A DNA stretch of 44,344 bases from an uncultured Chryseobacterium sp. (GCA_964507215.1 CAZDPF010000001.1:1-44344); one strand, 5' to 3'; counted from the stretch's first letter, positions 17,030 to 25,888 are shown. The notes: generated from the letters alone by a model not told the origin. Translations and numbers: made by a program.

Positions 17030-18024
17030 TGGAGGCCCAAAAAATTGCGGTAATCGGGGGCGGTAGCTGGGCCACGGCTTTGGTGAAAATACTCTGCGAG
17101 AACCTCGATTATGTGGGTTGGTGGGTACGCTCTAAAACGGCAGTAGATCATATTCGGAAGTTTCATCACAATCCGCGTTACCTCAGCAGTGTGGAGCTAC
17201 CCACGGAAGTGATTGATGTGCACGACGACCTCCAACACATTGTGAATGAGGCCGATATTCTGCTCTTTGCCATCCCTTCTGCTTTCCTCAAACCCGCTTT
17301 GGAGTCATATCCTGATTTGGATATTCGCCAAAAGGTGATCATCAGTGCCATCAAGGGAATTGTGCCAGATGAAAGACAAATTGTTGGCGAGTATTTCCAC
17401 AACCATTTTCAGGTTCCGATGAACCAAATTGGGGTGATTACCGGTCCTTGTCACGCCGAAGAAGTGGCACTCGAAAGACTTTCCTATCTCACCGTGGCCT
17501 CTCAAGACCCCCAATTGGCCCATTTAATGGCAGACGCGCTGAGCTGTGATTACATCAGGGTAGAAAAAAGCGACGACATCTATGGCACAGAGTACGCAGC
17601 CGTTCTTAAGAACGTGTACGCCGTAGCTTCTGGTATCTGTCATGGCTTGGGTTACGGCGACAACTTTCAAGCGGTATTGGTAAGCAATGCCATTCGCGAA
17701 ATGAAGCGCTTCATCAGACGGGTTCACCCAATCAAAAGAGACATTAATGGTTCTGCCTACTTGGGTGATTTACTGGTAACCGCCTACTCACAGTTTAGCC
17801 GAAATCGCCAATTTGGTACCATGGTGGGCAAGGGCTACACCATTCGGTCTGCCCAACTGGAGATGAGTATGGTGGCCGAAGGTTATTATGCCACCCGATT
17901 GGTAGAGCTCATCCGAAGTGAGTATGAGGTGAAAATGCCGGTGGCCAAGGCCGTTTATCGAATTTTATACGAAGGCCGAGATCCCCAAAAAACCATGGCG
18001 CGATTGGCCCAACGCATCCACTAA
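17029..18024 (+). CDS. gpsA: NAD(P)H-dependent glycerol-3-phosphate dehydrogenase
   Basis: KIAVIGGGSWATALVKIL Rossmann motif, ...GPCHAEEVA..., NVYAVASGI.., EGYYAT. The ATG overlaps the upstream stop (TAATG at 17027-17031). Confidence 0.92.
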   Translation: MEAQKIAVIGGGSWATALVKILCENLDYVGWWVRSKTAVDHIRKFHHNPRYLSSVELPTEVIDVHDDLQHIVNEADILLFAIPSAFLKPALESYPDLDIRQKVIISAIKGIVPDERQIVGEYFHNHFQVPMNQIGVITGPCHAEEVALERLSYLTVASQDPQLAHLMADALSCDYIRVEKSDDIYGTEYAAVLKNVYAVASGICHGLGYGDNFQAVLVSNAIREMKRFIRRVHPIKRDINGSAYLGDLLVTAYSQFSRNRQFGTMVGKGYTIRSAQLEMSMVAEGYYATRLVELIRSEYEVKMPVAKAVYRILYEGRDPQKTMARLAQRIH

Positions 18025-18689
18025 TGGCCATGAAAGAAGCGCAACACATTCCTTTCCACCAAGCCGAGAAACCCTCTGAATCAGAACTTGAAGGCCGTGC
18101 AGCCCACTTCCGCCAGCAGATGGAAAGTAGAAGAAGTCTGCGCTTTTTTAGTGATCAAGCTGTACCTGAAAAGGTGATTGAGCACCTTATCATGACCGCG
18201 AGTACAGCCCCCTCGGGCGCCAATAAGCAACCTTGGTGGTTTGCGGCTATTTCCAATAGCGATTTAAAAAAACGCATTCGCGCTGCGGCTGAAAAAGAAG
18301 AGATGGCGTTCTACTCTGGCAGAGCGCCTGAAGCTTGGCTGAAAGACTTAGAGCCTCTGGGTACTGATGCTTCCAAACCCTTTTTAGAAGAAGCCCCGTG
18401 GCTCATAGTGGCTTTCAAACAGAACAAAGGGGCAGACGGGAGCAAGCACTACTACGTTCAAGAATCAGTGGGAATCGCTTGTGGATTTCTCATTGCCGCC
18501 ATTCATCAAGCAGGCTTGGTAACCCTTACCCATACGCCCAGTCCGATGCAATTTCTGGCTGACATTTTAGAACGCCCAGATTACGAAAAACCCTTTCTGC
18601 TGTTACCGGTAGGTTTTGCTGCCGAAAATGCTACAGTTCCTGCGTTGAAGAAAAAGACGCTGGAAGAAGTTTCAGGATTTTATCGCTGA
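18024..18689 (+). CDS. Nitroreductase-superfamily flavoprotein, iodotyrosine deiodinase (IYD) subtype
   Basis: Near-colinear with the human IYD catalytic domain as I recall it: HIPF..., RRSLRFF, TAPSGANKQPW, EKEEMAFY, SKPFLEEAPWLIVAFKQ, YYVQESVGIACGFLIAAIHQAGLVTLTHTP, LLLPVGF..ATVPALKKK. The start overlaps the gpsA stop (TAATG at 18022-18026). Confidence 0.82.
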   Translation: MAMKEAQHIPFHQAEKPSESELEGRAAHFRQQMESRRSLRFFSDQAVPEKVIEHLIMTASTAPSGANKQPWWFAAISNSDLKKRIRAAAEKEEMAFYSGRAPEAWLKDLEPLGTDASKPFLEEAPWLIVAFKQNKGADGSKHYYVQESVGIACGFLIAAIHQAGLVTLTHTPSPMQFLADILERPDYEKPFLLLPVGFAAENATVPALKKKTLEEVSGFYR

Positions 18690-19367
18690 AAGTGCCTTGG
18701 CTTGCAAGATGATCATTGATTTTCGATCAAAATCAATCCATCCCAATTCTCGCCATTCATTCATGGTGGAAGTAACTGTTTGCCGACTAGTGCCAATCAG
18801 GCTGGCGATGTCTTTGTGGGTCAAGCGATGTTCAATCCACCCCCTTTCATCTTTGGGATGTTGCTGTGCCCACTCCAATAGAAACTCCGCCAAACGCTGC
18901 TTCACATCTTTGAAAACCAAGGCCTCTACCCTGCGCTCCAATCGCCTCAATTTCAGTCCAATCAATTTGTGAATCTTCAACGAAAGCGACTGATTGTCTT
19001 TCATCAGCTCTTCCATTTCTTCCACTTTTACCGGACAAATCATGGTATCGGCCTCCATGGCCTCTGCTACTTCTTCGCGCAATCCACCTCCCAAAATGGC
19101 CAGTTCCCCAAAGAGCTCTCCTCTACCTAAAATATTCAAGACCACCTCTTCTCCTTCGGGGGTGTAACGCAACAGCCGAACCTTTCCATTGGCTATCAAA
19201 TAAAGCGTAGCGGCAGGGTCTTCTGTGAAATAGATGACCTCCCCGCGCTGATAAGCGCGAAAATGGCCTTGTTGAATGTGATCTCCCAATTTGTGCGGAC
19301 ACATGATTTGGAACAGATTCACATCGTCTAAGTACCAAAATTCACGATCTATTCCTCCTTCATTCAT
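18672..19367 (-). CDS. Crp/Fnr-family transcriptional regulator (cNMP-binding domain plus HTH)
   Basis: 231 aa with a beta-roll region containing ...GELFGELAIL... and a C-terminal HTH (LTHKDIASLIGTSRQTVTSTMNEW). Its 3' end overlaps the convergent IYD-like gene by 18 nt. Confidence 0.85.
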   Translation of the reverse strand: MNEGGIDREFWYLDDVNLFQIMCPHKLGDHIQQGHFRAYQRGEVIYFTEDPAATLYLIANGKVRLLRYTPEGEEVVLNILGRGELFGELAILGGGLREEVAEAMEADTMICPVKVEEMEELMKDNQSLSLKIHKLIGLKLRRLERRVEALVFKDVKQRLAEFLLEWAQQHPKDERGWIEHRLTHKDIASLIGTSRQTVTSTMNEWRELGWIDFDRKSMIILQAKALSAIKS

Positions 19368-19370
19368 GGT

Positions 19371-21542
19371 TCAGAACCAAAAGCCCAAGTTCACGTAGGT
19401 GTAAATATCAGCATGGTTAGAAGAACCCATCACCGTAAACTGCAAGGGACCTACCGGACTGTCATAGGCATAAGACAAACCATACCCATCAAGTAATACG
19501 GAAGTTTGAAAAAGCTGATCGAAGCTCGATTCGAGGGCGCCAAAATTCACTTTCGCAATAAGGTAGTGTTGCGGAACAAACTGCCAATTGAAATCGGCTC
19601 CGCCAACAAGGGCGTTTCTACCCACCAACTCCATGAATCGATACCCCACAAAAGGATGAATGTGCTGGATGTAATTCTTTCCGAGCCCCCCCAAGAAGAT
19701 GTTGTAGGGATAATCGAGGTCTGATCCAATAGTGGTGATCAAGGAACCACGCAAATAGATGTGGCTGCCTTTCCACATCGGCAGCACTTGCAGATAGCGC
19801 ACATCTAAAACCGAACTTGGGTCGAGCGCTGTATTGTAATCGTCTGTATTGGTAATTACCCGATAGAGCCCTTTGATGGAAAGTCCTTTACTTGGAAAAG
19901 CACCTTGATCAAGCAAATCGAGCTCTAGGGTTCCAAAGTAGTTGACGAAATTCTCGTAATAGCTCTCGGGAAATATCTCGCTTTTGGTGGCATTGAGATC
20001 TATGCCCTCAATCTGAATTCCTCCTCCAATCAAGAATTTGTCGGCCACCACGCTTTGCAAAGTTCCACTTAAAGAGAAGTCTAGGTACACTTTGGAAGAT
20101 TCTAACTGCCGATTGGCATACAAACGGGTGAGAAAACGATGGGAGCGAAAGGAGATTCTCAAGGTAGGGATCAAATCGCGATCAACTGTGTAGTCAAGCC
20201 AGAATCGCGGGTTGACCCCAATGGCTGCATCTACAGAAAACTTGCTGTTCTTAAAGAGGAGGTTTCGGTGGGTATAGTTGAGCAGTACTGCGGTTTGAAA
20301 GTCATCATCGTAATGTAAACCGATGCGGAACTGCTGCATTGAGCTGCGTTCTTTTAAGCGCAGCTTCAGCGAATACCCCGACTGCTGTGAATCGGGAAGC
20401 AGCACAAAATCAGCCGTACTGTACAATTGCGAACCCCACAATCGATTCATTCCCTTCACTATAGATCGGTGATCAATTGGAGCGCCTTCTTTAATTCCCA
20501 TCTTCTGCCGTATGTAGTTAAAAGAGGAAAGATGGGTCACTGGTGTTTCCACACAATGGATGTACAGGCTGTCTCTGCGCGTAGGAATCAAGTGCTTACT
20601 CACTTCTTGGCGGCCTTTGATGGCTACCATTTGGCGAATGGCCCCGCGGTATTTAGATGCCTCGCGGTATCCGGCGCTGAAGATGGAGTCTAGCAGCTCG
20701 AAGGTGGTTACTCCGGCCTCTGGAATCTCTGGCCGAACAATGAACTCGGCGCTGGCAGAGTCTTTTTGAAAATTGCGGGCATTCACAAATCCGCTGATTT
20801 GCTCCAAAATATTGAACACATTGTTCAATTCTTCCCGGCTGTGAAGAATGCTCTGCACATCGCTTCCGATAATCACGTCAATATCTTGGTCTTCCAATAG
20901 CCGAAAAGGCAGGTTTTCAATCAAGCCGCCATCAACCAAAATGCGGCCATTGACTTCGTACGGACTGTACAGCGTGGGGAAGGAGCTGGTGGCGCGAAGG
21001 GCATCGGGCAAATAACCGGTATCTAGCACTACTGCTTCACCGGTCTCTAGGTCGGTAGCCAAACAAGCAAAGGGAATGGGCAACTCATTAAACTGCCTGA
21101 TGTGATGGGCCCCGATGGTCAATCGATCGAGTTCATTGATAATTCTTTGACCATAATTGATTCCATTGGGTAAACTGGGTTTACCATTCTCGAACGGGAA
21201 GCTCAACAAGTAACGATCTTCGGTACCCTTGTCGAGGAAAGAAAGACTGTTGCGCGGTCGGTCGTTCAAGAGAATAGCGGCCCAATCAATGCGATACATT
21301 TCTTCTTGAATCTCCATGGCAGAATAGCCCATAGCATAAAGCGAACCTATTACGCCCCCCATGGAGGTTCCTGCAATAAAATCTGGTTTGAGGCCTTCTT
21401 CTTCTAACACCCGCAGCAAGCCTACATGGGCAAGTGCTTTGGCCCCGCCACCGCTCAATACCACACCCACGCGCAGCGAGTCTTGGGCCATCAGTGTGAC
21501 CGAAAAATAGAAAACGAAAAAGGCGCTAAGATGGATTTTCAT
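19371..21542 (-). CDS. Patatin-like phospholipase fused to an Omp85-type outer-membrane beta-barrel
   Basis: Start trimmed to MKIHLSAFFVFYFSVTLMAQ (reverse-strand ATG at 21540-21542). It has the oxyanion GGGAKA, the nucleophile GTSMG (GxSxG) and the catalytic Asp in VDGGLIENLP. The C-terminal half has an alternating beta-strand pattern ending ...YVNLGFWF, a terminal aromatic as in outer-membrane barrels. Confidence 0.85.
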   Translation of the reverse strand: MKIHLSAFFVFYFSVTLMAQDSLRVGVVLSGGGAKALAHVGLLRVLEEEGLKPDFIAGTSMGGVIGSLYAMGYSAMEIQEEMYRIDWAAILLNDRPRNSLSFLDKGTEDRYLLSFPFENGKPSLPNGINYGQRIINELDRLTIGAHHIRQFNELPIPFACLATDLETGEAVVLDTGYLPDALRATSSFPTLYSPYEVNGRILVDGGLIENLPFRLLEDQDIDVIIGSDVQSILHSREELNNVFNILEQISGFVNARNFQKDSASAEFIVRPEIPEAGVTTFELLDSIFSAGYREASKYRGAIRQMVAIKGRQEVSKHLIPTRRDSLYIHCVETPVTHLSSFNYIRQKMGIKEGAPIDHRSIVKGMNRLWGSQLYSTADFVLLPDSQQSGYSLKLRLKERSSMQQFRIGLHYDDDFQTAVLLNYTHRNLLFKNSKFSVDAAIGVNPRFWLDYTVDRDLIPTLRISFRSHRFLTRLYANRQLESSKVYLDFSLSGTLQSVVADKFLIGGGIQIEGIDLNATKSEIFPESYYENFVNYFGTLELDLLDQGAFPSKGLSIKGLYRVITNTDDYNTALDPSSVLDVRYLQVLPMWKGSHIYLRGSLITTIGSDLDYPYNIFLGGLGKNYIQHIHPFVGYRFMELVGRNALVGGADFNWQFVPQHYLIAKVNFGALESSFDQLFQTSVLLDGYGLSYAYDSPVGPLQFTVMGSSNHADIYTYVNLGFWF

Positions 21543-23337
21543 CTTGGGCATGAAGGTACTGCAATACCTTTCGAGCTCTTGATAAGCCAACTACTTCGGC
21601 CACTTCCTCTTCGCTGGCTTTCCTTAATTGTTCAACACTTCGGAAGGTTTTCAAAAGCTTCTCGGCCGTTTGCGGACCGATGCCTTCAATCTGTTCCAAA
21701 CTATTCTGCAAAGCGCTTCGGCTTCTGCGATTGCGGTGATGGGTAATGCCAAATCGGTGGGCTTCGTTGCGAAGCTGTTGCAAGATGCGCAGGGTTTCTG
21801 ACCGTTTGTCGAGATACAACGGAACCGGATCTCCCGGAAAGAACAATTCTTCCAAGCGCTTGGCAATTCCAAGAACGGCTACACGGTCTTGAATACCTAG
21901 TTTATAAACGCTTTTGAGTGCGGCGGAGAGCTGCCCCTTACCACCGTCAATCAAAATGAGTTGGGGCAATGATTGTTCCTCATCGAGCAATCGGCGATAA
22001 CGACGAAAAACCGCCTCTTCCATGGTGGCAAAATCGTCTGGACCTTCCACGGTTTTGACATTAAAATGGCGGTAATCTGATTTGGCTGGCTTTCCATTTC
22101 GAAAAACCACACAGGCTGAAACCGCTTCGGTTCCTTGAAAGTTGGAGTTGTCAAAGCACTCAATGTGCCGAGGTTGTTCTTTGAGCCGAAGGTCTTGTTT
22201 CATTTGCTCCATTACGCGCTCTACATGCCGATCGGGATCGGTAATTTGCTCGCTCTTCAGCTTTTCCAATCGGAAGTAACGCGCATTTTTAAGGCTCAGT
22301 TCTACCAGTCGCTTCTTGTCTCCTCGCTGTGGTACATGCAGTTGCAATCCTTCCAATTCCAATTCCAACTCGTGGCTCATCAGCACCTCTTTGGAGTCTG
22401 AATGAAAACGCTGCCGCAGTTCCGGAATGGCCAATGAAAGCAGCTCTGCTTCAGACTCTTCCAATTTTCGTTTGAACTCAATCGTATGGGCGTGAAGAAT
22501 GGCTCCATCCACCACTTTCAAATAATTTACATAGCCAAATTGGGCATCCACAAGGGCAGAGAACACATCCACATTGGTTATTGAAGGATTGACTACGGTG
22601 CTGCGCGCTTGGTAACGGTCTAGCAGTTCTACTTTCTCTTTCAGTTTCTGGGCCTCTTCAAAACGCAGGGCTTCAGATTCTTCTCGCATTCGCTCAGTGA
22701 GCATCCGCTTTACCTCCCCCAATTTGCCGGTGATGATTTGTCTGGCCAAAGCCACCTCGTGCATATAGGCTTCCTCACTCTGCAGCGCTTCGCATGGGGC
22801 TTTACAATTGCCAATGTGAAACTCTAAACAGCGTTGGTATTTACCTGCTTGAATGGCCTCTTGGCTCAACAACAACTTGCAACTCCTGATCGGATGCACT
22901 TGTCTGACCAAGTCCAACACGGCTTTCATCACCTTGACTGAAGCGTATGGCCCAAAGTATTCTGAACCATCATTGATCTTCTTTCGCGTGTAGAAGATGC
23001 GAGGAAAACGCTCTTTTTTGATGACAATCCACGGATAGGTTTTGTCGTCTTTCAAATTCACATTGTACCTCGGCTGATGCTCTTTGATAAGACTATTCTC
23101 GAGCAACAAGGCTTCCAGTTCATTCTCGGTGATCAGGGTGCGGATGTCGGCAATTTTCTGCACCATTACCCAAGTTCTCCCGTGAGTGTGTTGTTTGGTG
23201 AAGTAAGAAGAAACACGCTTCTTCAGGCTCTTGGCCTTGCCGATGTACAAAATACGCCCGTCTTTGTCGAGGTGCTGATAAACCCCCGGCTTGTCTGGAA
23301 GTGTTTTGAGAATGTTCTGTAGGTGCTCAGAAGCCAT
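21526..23337 (-). CDS. uvrC: Excinuclease ABC subunit C
   Basis: GIY-YIG N-terminus (GVYQHLDKDGRILYIGKAKSLKKRVSSYF), a UVR domain (RFEEAQKLKEKV), an RNase-H-like endonuclease domain and a C-terminal (HhH)2 (IEGIGPQTAEKLL). Confidence 0.96.
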   Translation of the reverse strand: MASEHLQNILKTLPDKPGVYQHLDKDGRILYIGKAKSLKKRVSSYFTKQHTHGRTWVMVQKIADIRTLITENELEALLLENSLIKEHQPRYNVNLKDDKTYPWIVIKKERFPRIFYTRKKINDGSEYFGPYASVKVMKAVLDLVRQVHPIRSCKLLLSQEAIQAGKYQRCLEFHIGNCKAPCEALQSEEAYMHEVALARQIITGKLGEVKRMLTERMREESEALRFEEAQKLKEKVELLDRYQARSTVVNPSITNVDVFSALVDAQFGYVNYLKVVDGAILHAHTIEFKRKLEESEAELLSLAIPELRQRFHSDSKEVLMSHELELELEGLQLHVPQRGDKKRLVELSLKNARYFRLEKLKSEQITDPDRHVERVMEQMKQDLRLKEQPRHIECFDNSNFQGTEAVSACVVFRNGKPAKSDYRHFNVKTVEGPDDFATMEEAVFRRYRRLLDEEQSLPQLILIDGGKGQLSAALKSVYKLGIQDRVAVLGIAKRLEELFFPGDPVPLYLDKRSETLRILQQLRNEAHRFGITHHRNRRSRSALQNSLEQIEGIGPQTAEKLLKTFRSVEQLRKASEEEVAEVVGLSRARKVLQYLHAQDENPS

Positions 23338-23341
23338 TTCA

Positions 23342-23349
23342 CAAAGATA
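23342..23349 (-). promoter_or_regulatory. -7 box TATCTTTG, 4 nt upstream of the uvrC ATG
   Basis: The minus strand reads gggTATCTTTGtgaaATG, a perfect TAnnTTTG match directly abutting the start codon. Confidence 0.35.
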
Positions 23350-23415
23350 CCCGCCAACTCCACCCCCGCTTCATTGAGCAGGCTTGCTTTCCTTTGTTGT
23401 ACAAAATCTGAGTTC

Positions 23416-24687
23416 ATGAAGGTTCTTCTTTTAGGCAGTGGCGGACGAGAACATGCGCTGGCATTGAAAATTCGCGAAAGTGCATCTTGTACCGCCTTGT
23501 TCATCGCTCCCGGCAATCCCGGAACTGCCCAATGTGGAATCAATGTTTCGCTTGATTTTAATGACCGTTCCCAGTTGCATTCGTTCTTAGACCGTGAAAA
23601 CATCGACCTGATTGTGGCCGGACCTGAGCAGCCTTTGGTAGACGGACTGGCGGATGACTTGCGGGCGATGGGCGCTTTAGATCATCGGGTGTTTTTTGGT
23701 CCGGGTGCCTCTGGCGCTCGATTGGAAGGCAGCAAGCGCTTCGCGAAAGCCTTCATGATGCGCCACCAAATTCCAACTGCTGCTTACGCCAGCTTTAATC
23801 GCTCCGAGGCCCAGGCAGCGGCAGATTATTTGAAAAAAATGCGCGCTCCTTACGTGATTAAAGCAGACGGATTGGCCGCTGGAAAAGGAGTGATCATCAC
23901 CCGTTCTCTATCGGAAGCGCAAGAGGTATTGAAAGAACTGTTTGATGGTAGTTTGGGCGATGCCGGACAGACCGTAGTGTTCGAAGAATTTCTTGATGGT
24001 GTGGAATTCAGCGTATTTGTAATGACCAATGGGGAAGCGCTTATTTGGTTGCCCGAGGCAAAGGATTACAAACGCATTGGTGAAGGGGATACTGGACCCA
24101 ATACCGGTGGTATGGGCAGCCTGAGTCCGGTACCTTTTGTGAACCAAGAATTGATGCAGAAAGTGAATGTTCGCATTGTTCAGCCCACCTTGAAAGGCTT
24201 GCAAGAAGAGGGCATCCCTTACCTCGGTTTTATTTTCTTCGGATTGATTCTGGTGAACGGAGAACCCTATGTGATTGAGTACAATGCGCGCATGGGCGAC
24301 CCGGAAACGCAATCTGTTATGCCGCGTGTTCAAGGAGATTTTGTTGAGGCCATGTGGAATTTAGGAAAGGGATTGCCCTGTCAGGCCCTGCCTATCGATT
24401 CAATGGCTTCCGCTTCTGTGGTTTTGGTTGCGGAAGGCTATCCCGGCGCTTATGAAAAGGGGAAAGAAATTGAAGTAGCTGCACTCAATGAGGTGCATCT
24501 GCTTCACGCTGGTACAGCAGAGAAAGATGGAAAACTCATTACCAATGGCGGACGGGTGATGGCGATCAATGCCAAGGCACATTCAGTAAACGATTGCCTA
24601 AGGATGATTTACAGCCAAACAGATCAAGTACACTTCGAAGGGAAGCGTTTTAGAAGAGATATCGGCAAGGATGTGGGGGCGCTTTAA
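23416..24687 (+). CDS. purD: Phosphoribosylamine--glycine ligase
   Basis: Trimmed to the ATG at 23416: MKVLLLGSGGREHALALKI... It has an ATP-grasp core and a typical PurD C-terminus (TNGGRVMAI...). Length 423 aa. Confidence 0.95.
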   Translation: MKVLLLGSGGREHALALKIRESASCTALFIAPGNPGTAQCGINVSLDFNDRSQLHSFLDRENIDLIVAGPEQPLVDGLADDLRAMGALDHRVFFGPGASGARLEGSKRFAKAFMMRHQIPTAAYASFNRSEAQAAADYLKKMRAPYVIKADGLAAGKGVIITRSLSEAQEVLKELFDGSLGDAGQTVVFEEFLDGVEFSVFVMTNGEALIWLPEAKDYKRIGEGDTGPNTGGMGSLSPVPFVNQELMQKVNVRIVQPTLKGLQEEGIPYLGFIFFGLILVNGEPYVIEYNARMGDPETQSVMPRVQGDFVEAMWNLGKGLPCQALPIDSMASASVVLVAEGYPGAYEKGKEIEVAALNEVHLLHAGTAEKDGKLITNGGRVMAINAKAHSVNDCLRMIYSQTDQVHFEGKRFRRDIGKDVGAL

Positions 24688-24848
24688 CGCTCGCCGGCGC
24701 GCTGGTGCTTGCGCATCTGACCCATCCAGTAGAAAAAATAACCAGTGATGATCAGGATGAACAAAATGTTGGGGAGGTTGCCAAGCACGGGAAGAATGGT
24801 GAATGTCCACTCAAAAAGATCGCCTAGCGCGTACCAAAAGTCATTCAT
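24684..24848 (-). CDS. Small membrane protein (about 54 aa; possibly DUF6341-like)
   Basis: Trimmed to Met13 (reverse-strand ATG at 24846-24848) because a -7 box lies inside the longer ORF. It has one or two hydrophobic helices (LPVLGNLPNILFILIITGYFFYWM) and a basic tail. The family name is from memory only. Confidence 0.45.
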   Translation of the reverse strand: MNDFWYALGDLFEWTFTILPVLGNLPNILFILIITGYFFYWMGQMRKHQRAGER

Positions 24849-24871
24849 GGTCTTACTTTTTACCAGCGAAG

Positions 24872-24879
24872 CAAAGGTA
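24872..24879 (-). promoter_or_regulatory. -7 box TACCTTTG for the small membrane protein gene
   Basis: Minus-strand aaTACCTTTGct, 23 nt upstream of the ATG at 24848. Confidence 0.35.
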
Positions 24880-24888
24880 TTCAAATAG

Positions 24889-25845
24889 GTGCTGTCTCAA
24901 ATCTTTAAAAACGTATGGGCGTCTTTTTTAGCGCTCTTTTGCCTCTTCTTGCTTCACAGCTGGTGGAACAAGTCTATTTATACAGAGGCCATCTTTTTTG
25001 AAAGCACTACCCAGTGGCCGGTTTTTTTGCTCTTGTTCACCCGGGCATTGGCCCTCACTTTGGTGGTCACCCTTTGGTCTGAAGTATTTCGGCAGCAGCT
25101 TTTGAGTGCGGGAAACCGTTACACCGGACTGATTTACGGAATGATCTTATTGGTGGTGCTCAACCGCTTTTGGATTGCACAAGAACTTCTCTCGCTCATT
25201 ATCGTGACGCTGATGATGCGGCGCGTTATGAGCAGCACAGAGGTGCTAAATCCGTCACCGCCCATGTTTGAAGCCGGTCTGCTTGTGGCCTTGGCTGGAT
25301 TGATAGACGTTCACTATTTGTTATTGCTCTTTCCGCTAATACTGGCCAATCTCTTTTTAGGAAGGGTAGGACTACGGATTCAATTGGTTCCCATTTTTGG
25401 TATTGGCAGCAGTGTGTGGATCTTGTGGGCACTGGCTGATTTAACTGGTCAGAAACCAGGAAAGATCAATGATGTTGGCGAATGGCTTTCTTCCCCTTCA
25501 TCGCATTTGGCCATCGAAGGATTTGCCTTTTCTTTTTGGCAAATAGCCCTCATCCCGGCCGTTTGGATAGCCTATACCGGCTTTAGAAGGGAATGGTCAC
25601 AATCACGTGCCGTAGAACGCCAAATTCTTCAATTACTCTTCTGGGAAATGATCCTTTTTTTCTTTCTGGGTTTGTTGCCATTTGCTGGCGGCAGCCTGTG
25701 GTGGAGCATTTCAGCCATGCCATTTAGTCTTCTGGCTGCCAAATCATTAGGGGGAGTTAAGAAGGCTTGGCTTCGCGAATTATGGGTGCTTGCTTTATTG
25801 TGCATTCCTATTTTACATCTCTTGTTGATTGGCTTATCAGACTAA
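24889..25845 (+). CDS. Polytopic membrane protein of unknown function
   Basis: 318-aa ORF with a GTG start at 24889 and about 8-9 hydrophobic segments. No catalytic motif is recognised. It keeps one open frame across nearly 1 kb with no competing ORF. Confidence 0.6.
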   Translation: MLSQIFKNVWASFLALFCLFLLHSWWNKSIYTEAIFFESTTQWPVFLLLFTRALALTLVVTLWSEVFRQQLLSAGNRYTGLIYGMILLVVLNRFWIAQELLSLIIVTLMMRRVMSSTEVLNPSPPMFEAGLLVALAGLIDVHYLLLLFPLILANLFLGRVGLRIQLVPIFGIGSSVWILWALADLTGQKPGKINDVGEWLSSPSSHLAIEGFAFSFWQIALIPAVWIAYTGFRREWSQSRAVERQILQLLFWEMILFFFLGLLPFAGGSLWWSISAMPFSLLAAKSLGGVKKAWLRELWVLALLCIPILHLLLIGLSD

Positions 25846-25857
25846 AGGTCAATCACC

Positions 25858-25865
25858 TATCTTTG
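25858..25865 (+). promoter_or_regulatory. -7 box TATCTTTG for the yceD-rpmF(-fabH) unit
   Basis: Perfect TAnnTTTG match 13 nt after the upstream stop (25843-25845). It lies inside the 5' extension of the track ORF 25829..26404, which argues for a downstream start. Confidence 0.4.
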
Positions 25866-25888
25866 CACCCCTTAAATTCAGCCGAATT

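Noticed and set aside
18672-21542. Patatin-like phospholipase next to a cyclic-nucleotide-binding protein, which superficially resembles a CBASS effector/sensor pair.
   Set aside because: No CD-NTase/cGAS-like nucleotidyltransferase is present. The patatin protein is a 723-aa secreted outer-membrane barrel fusion rather than a small cytosolic CapV-type effector. The cNMP-binding protein is an ordinary Crp/Fnr transcription factor with an HTH domain. The genes are embedded between housekeeping genes.
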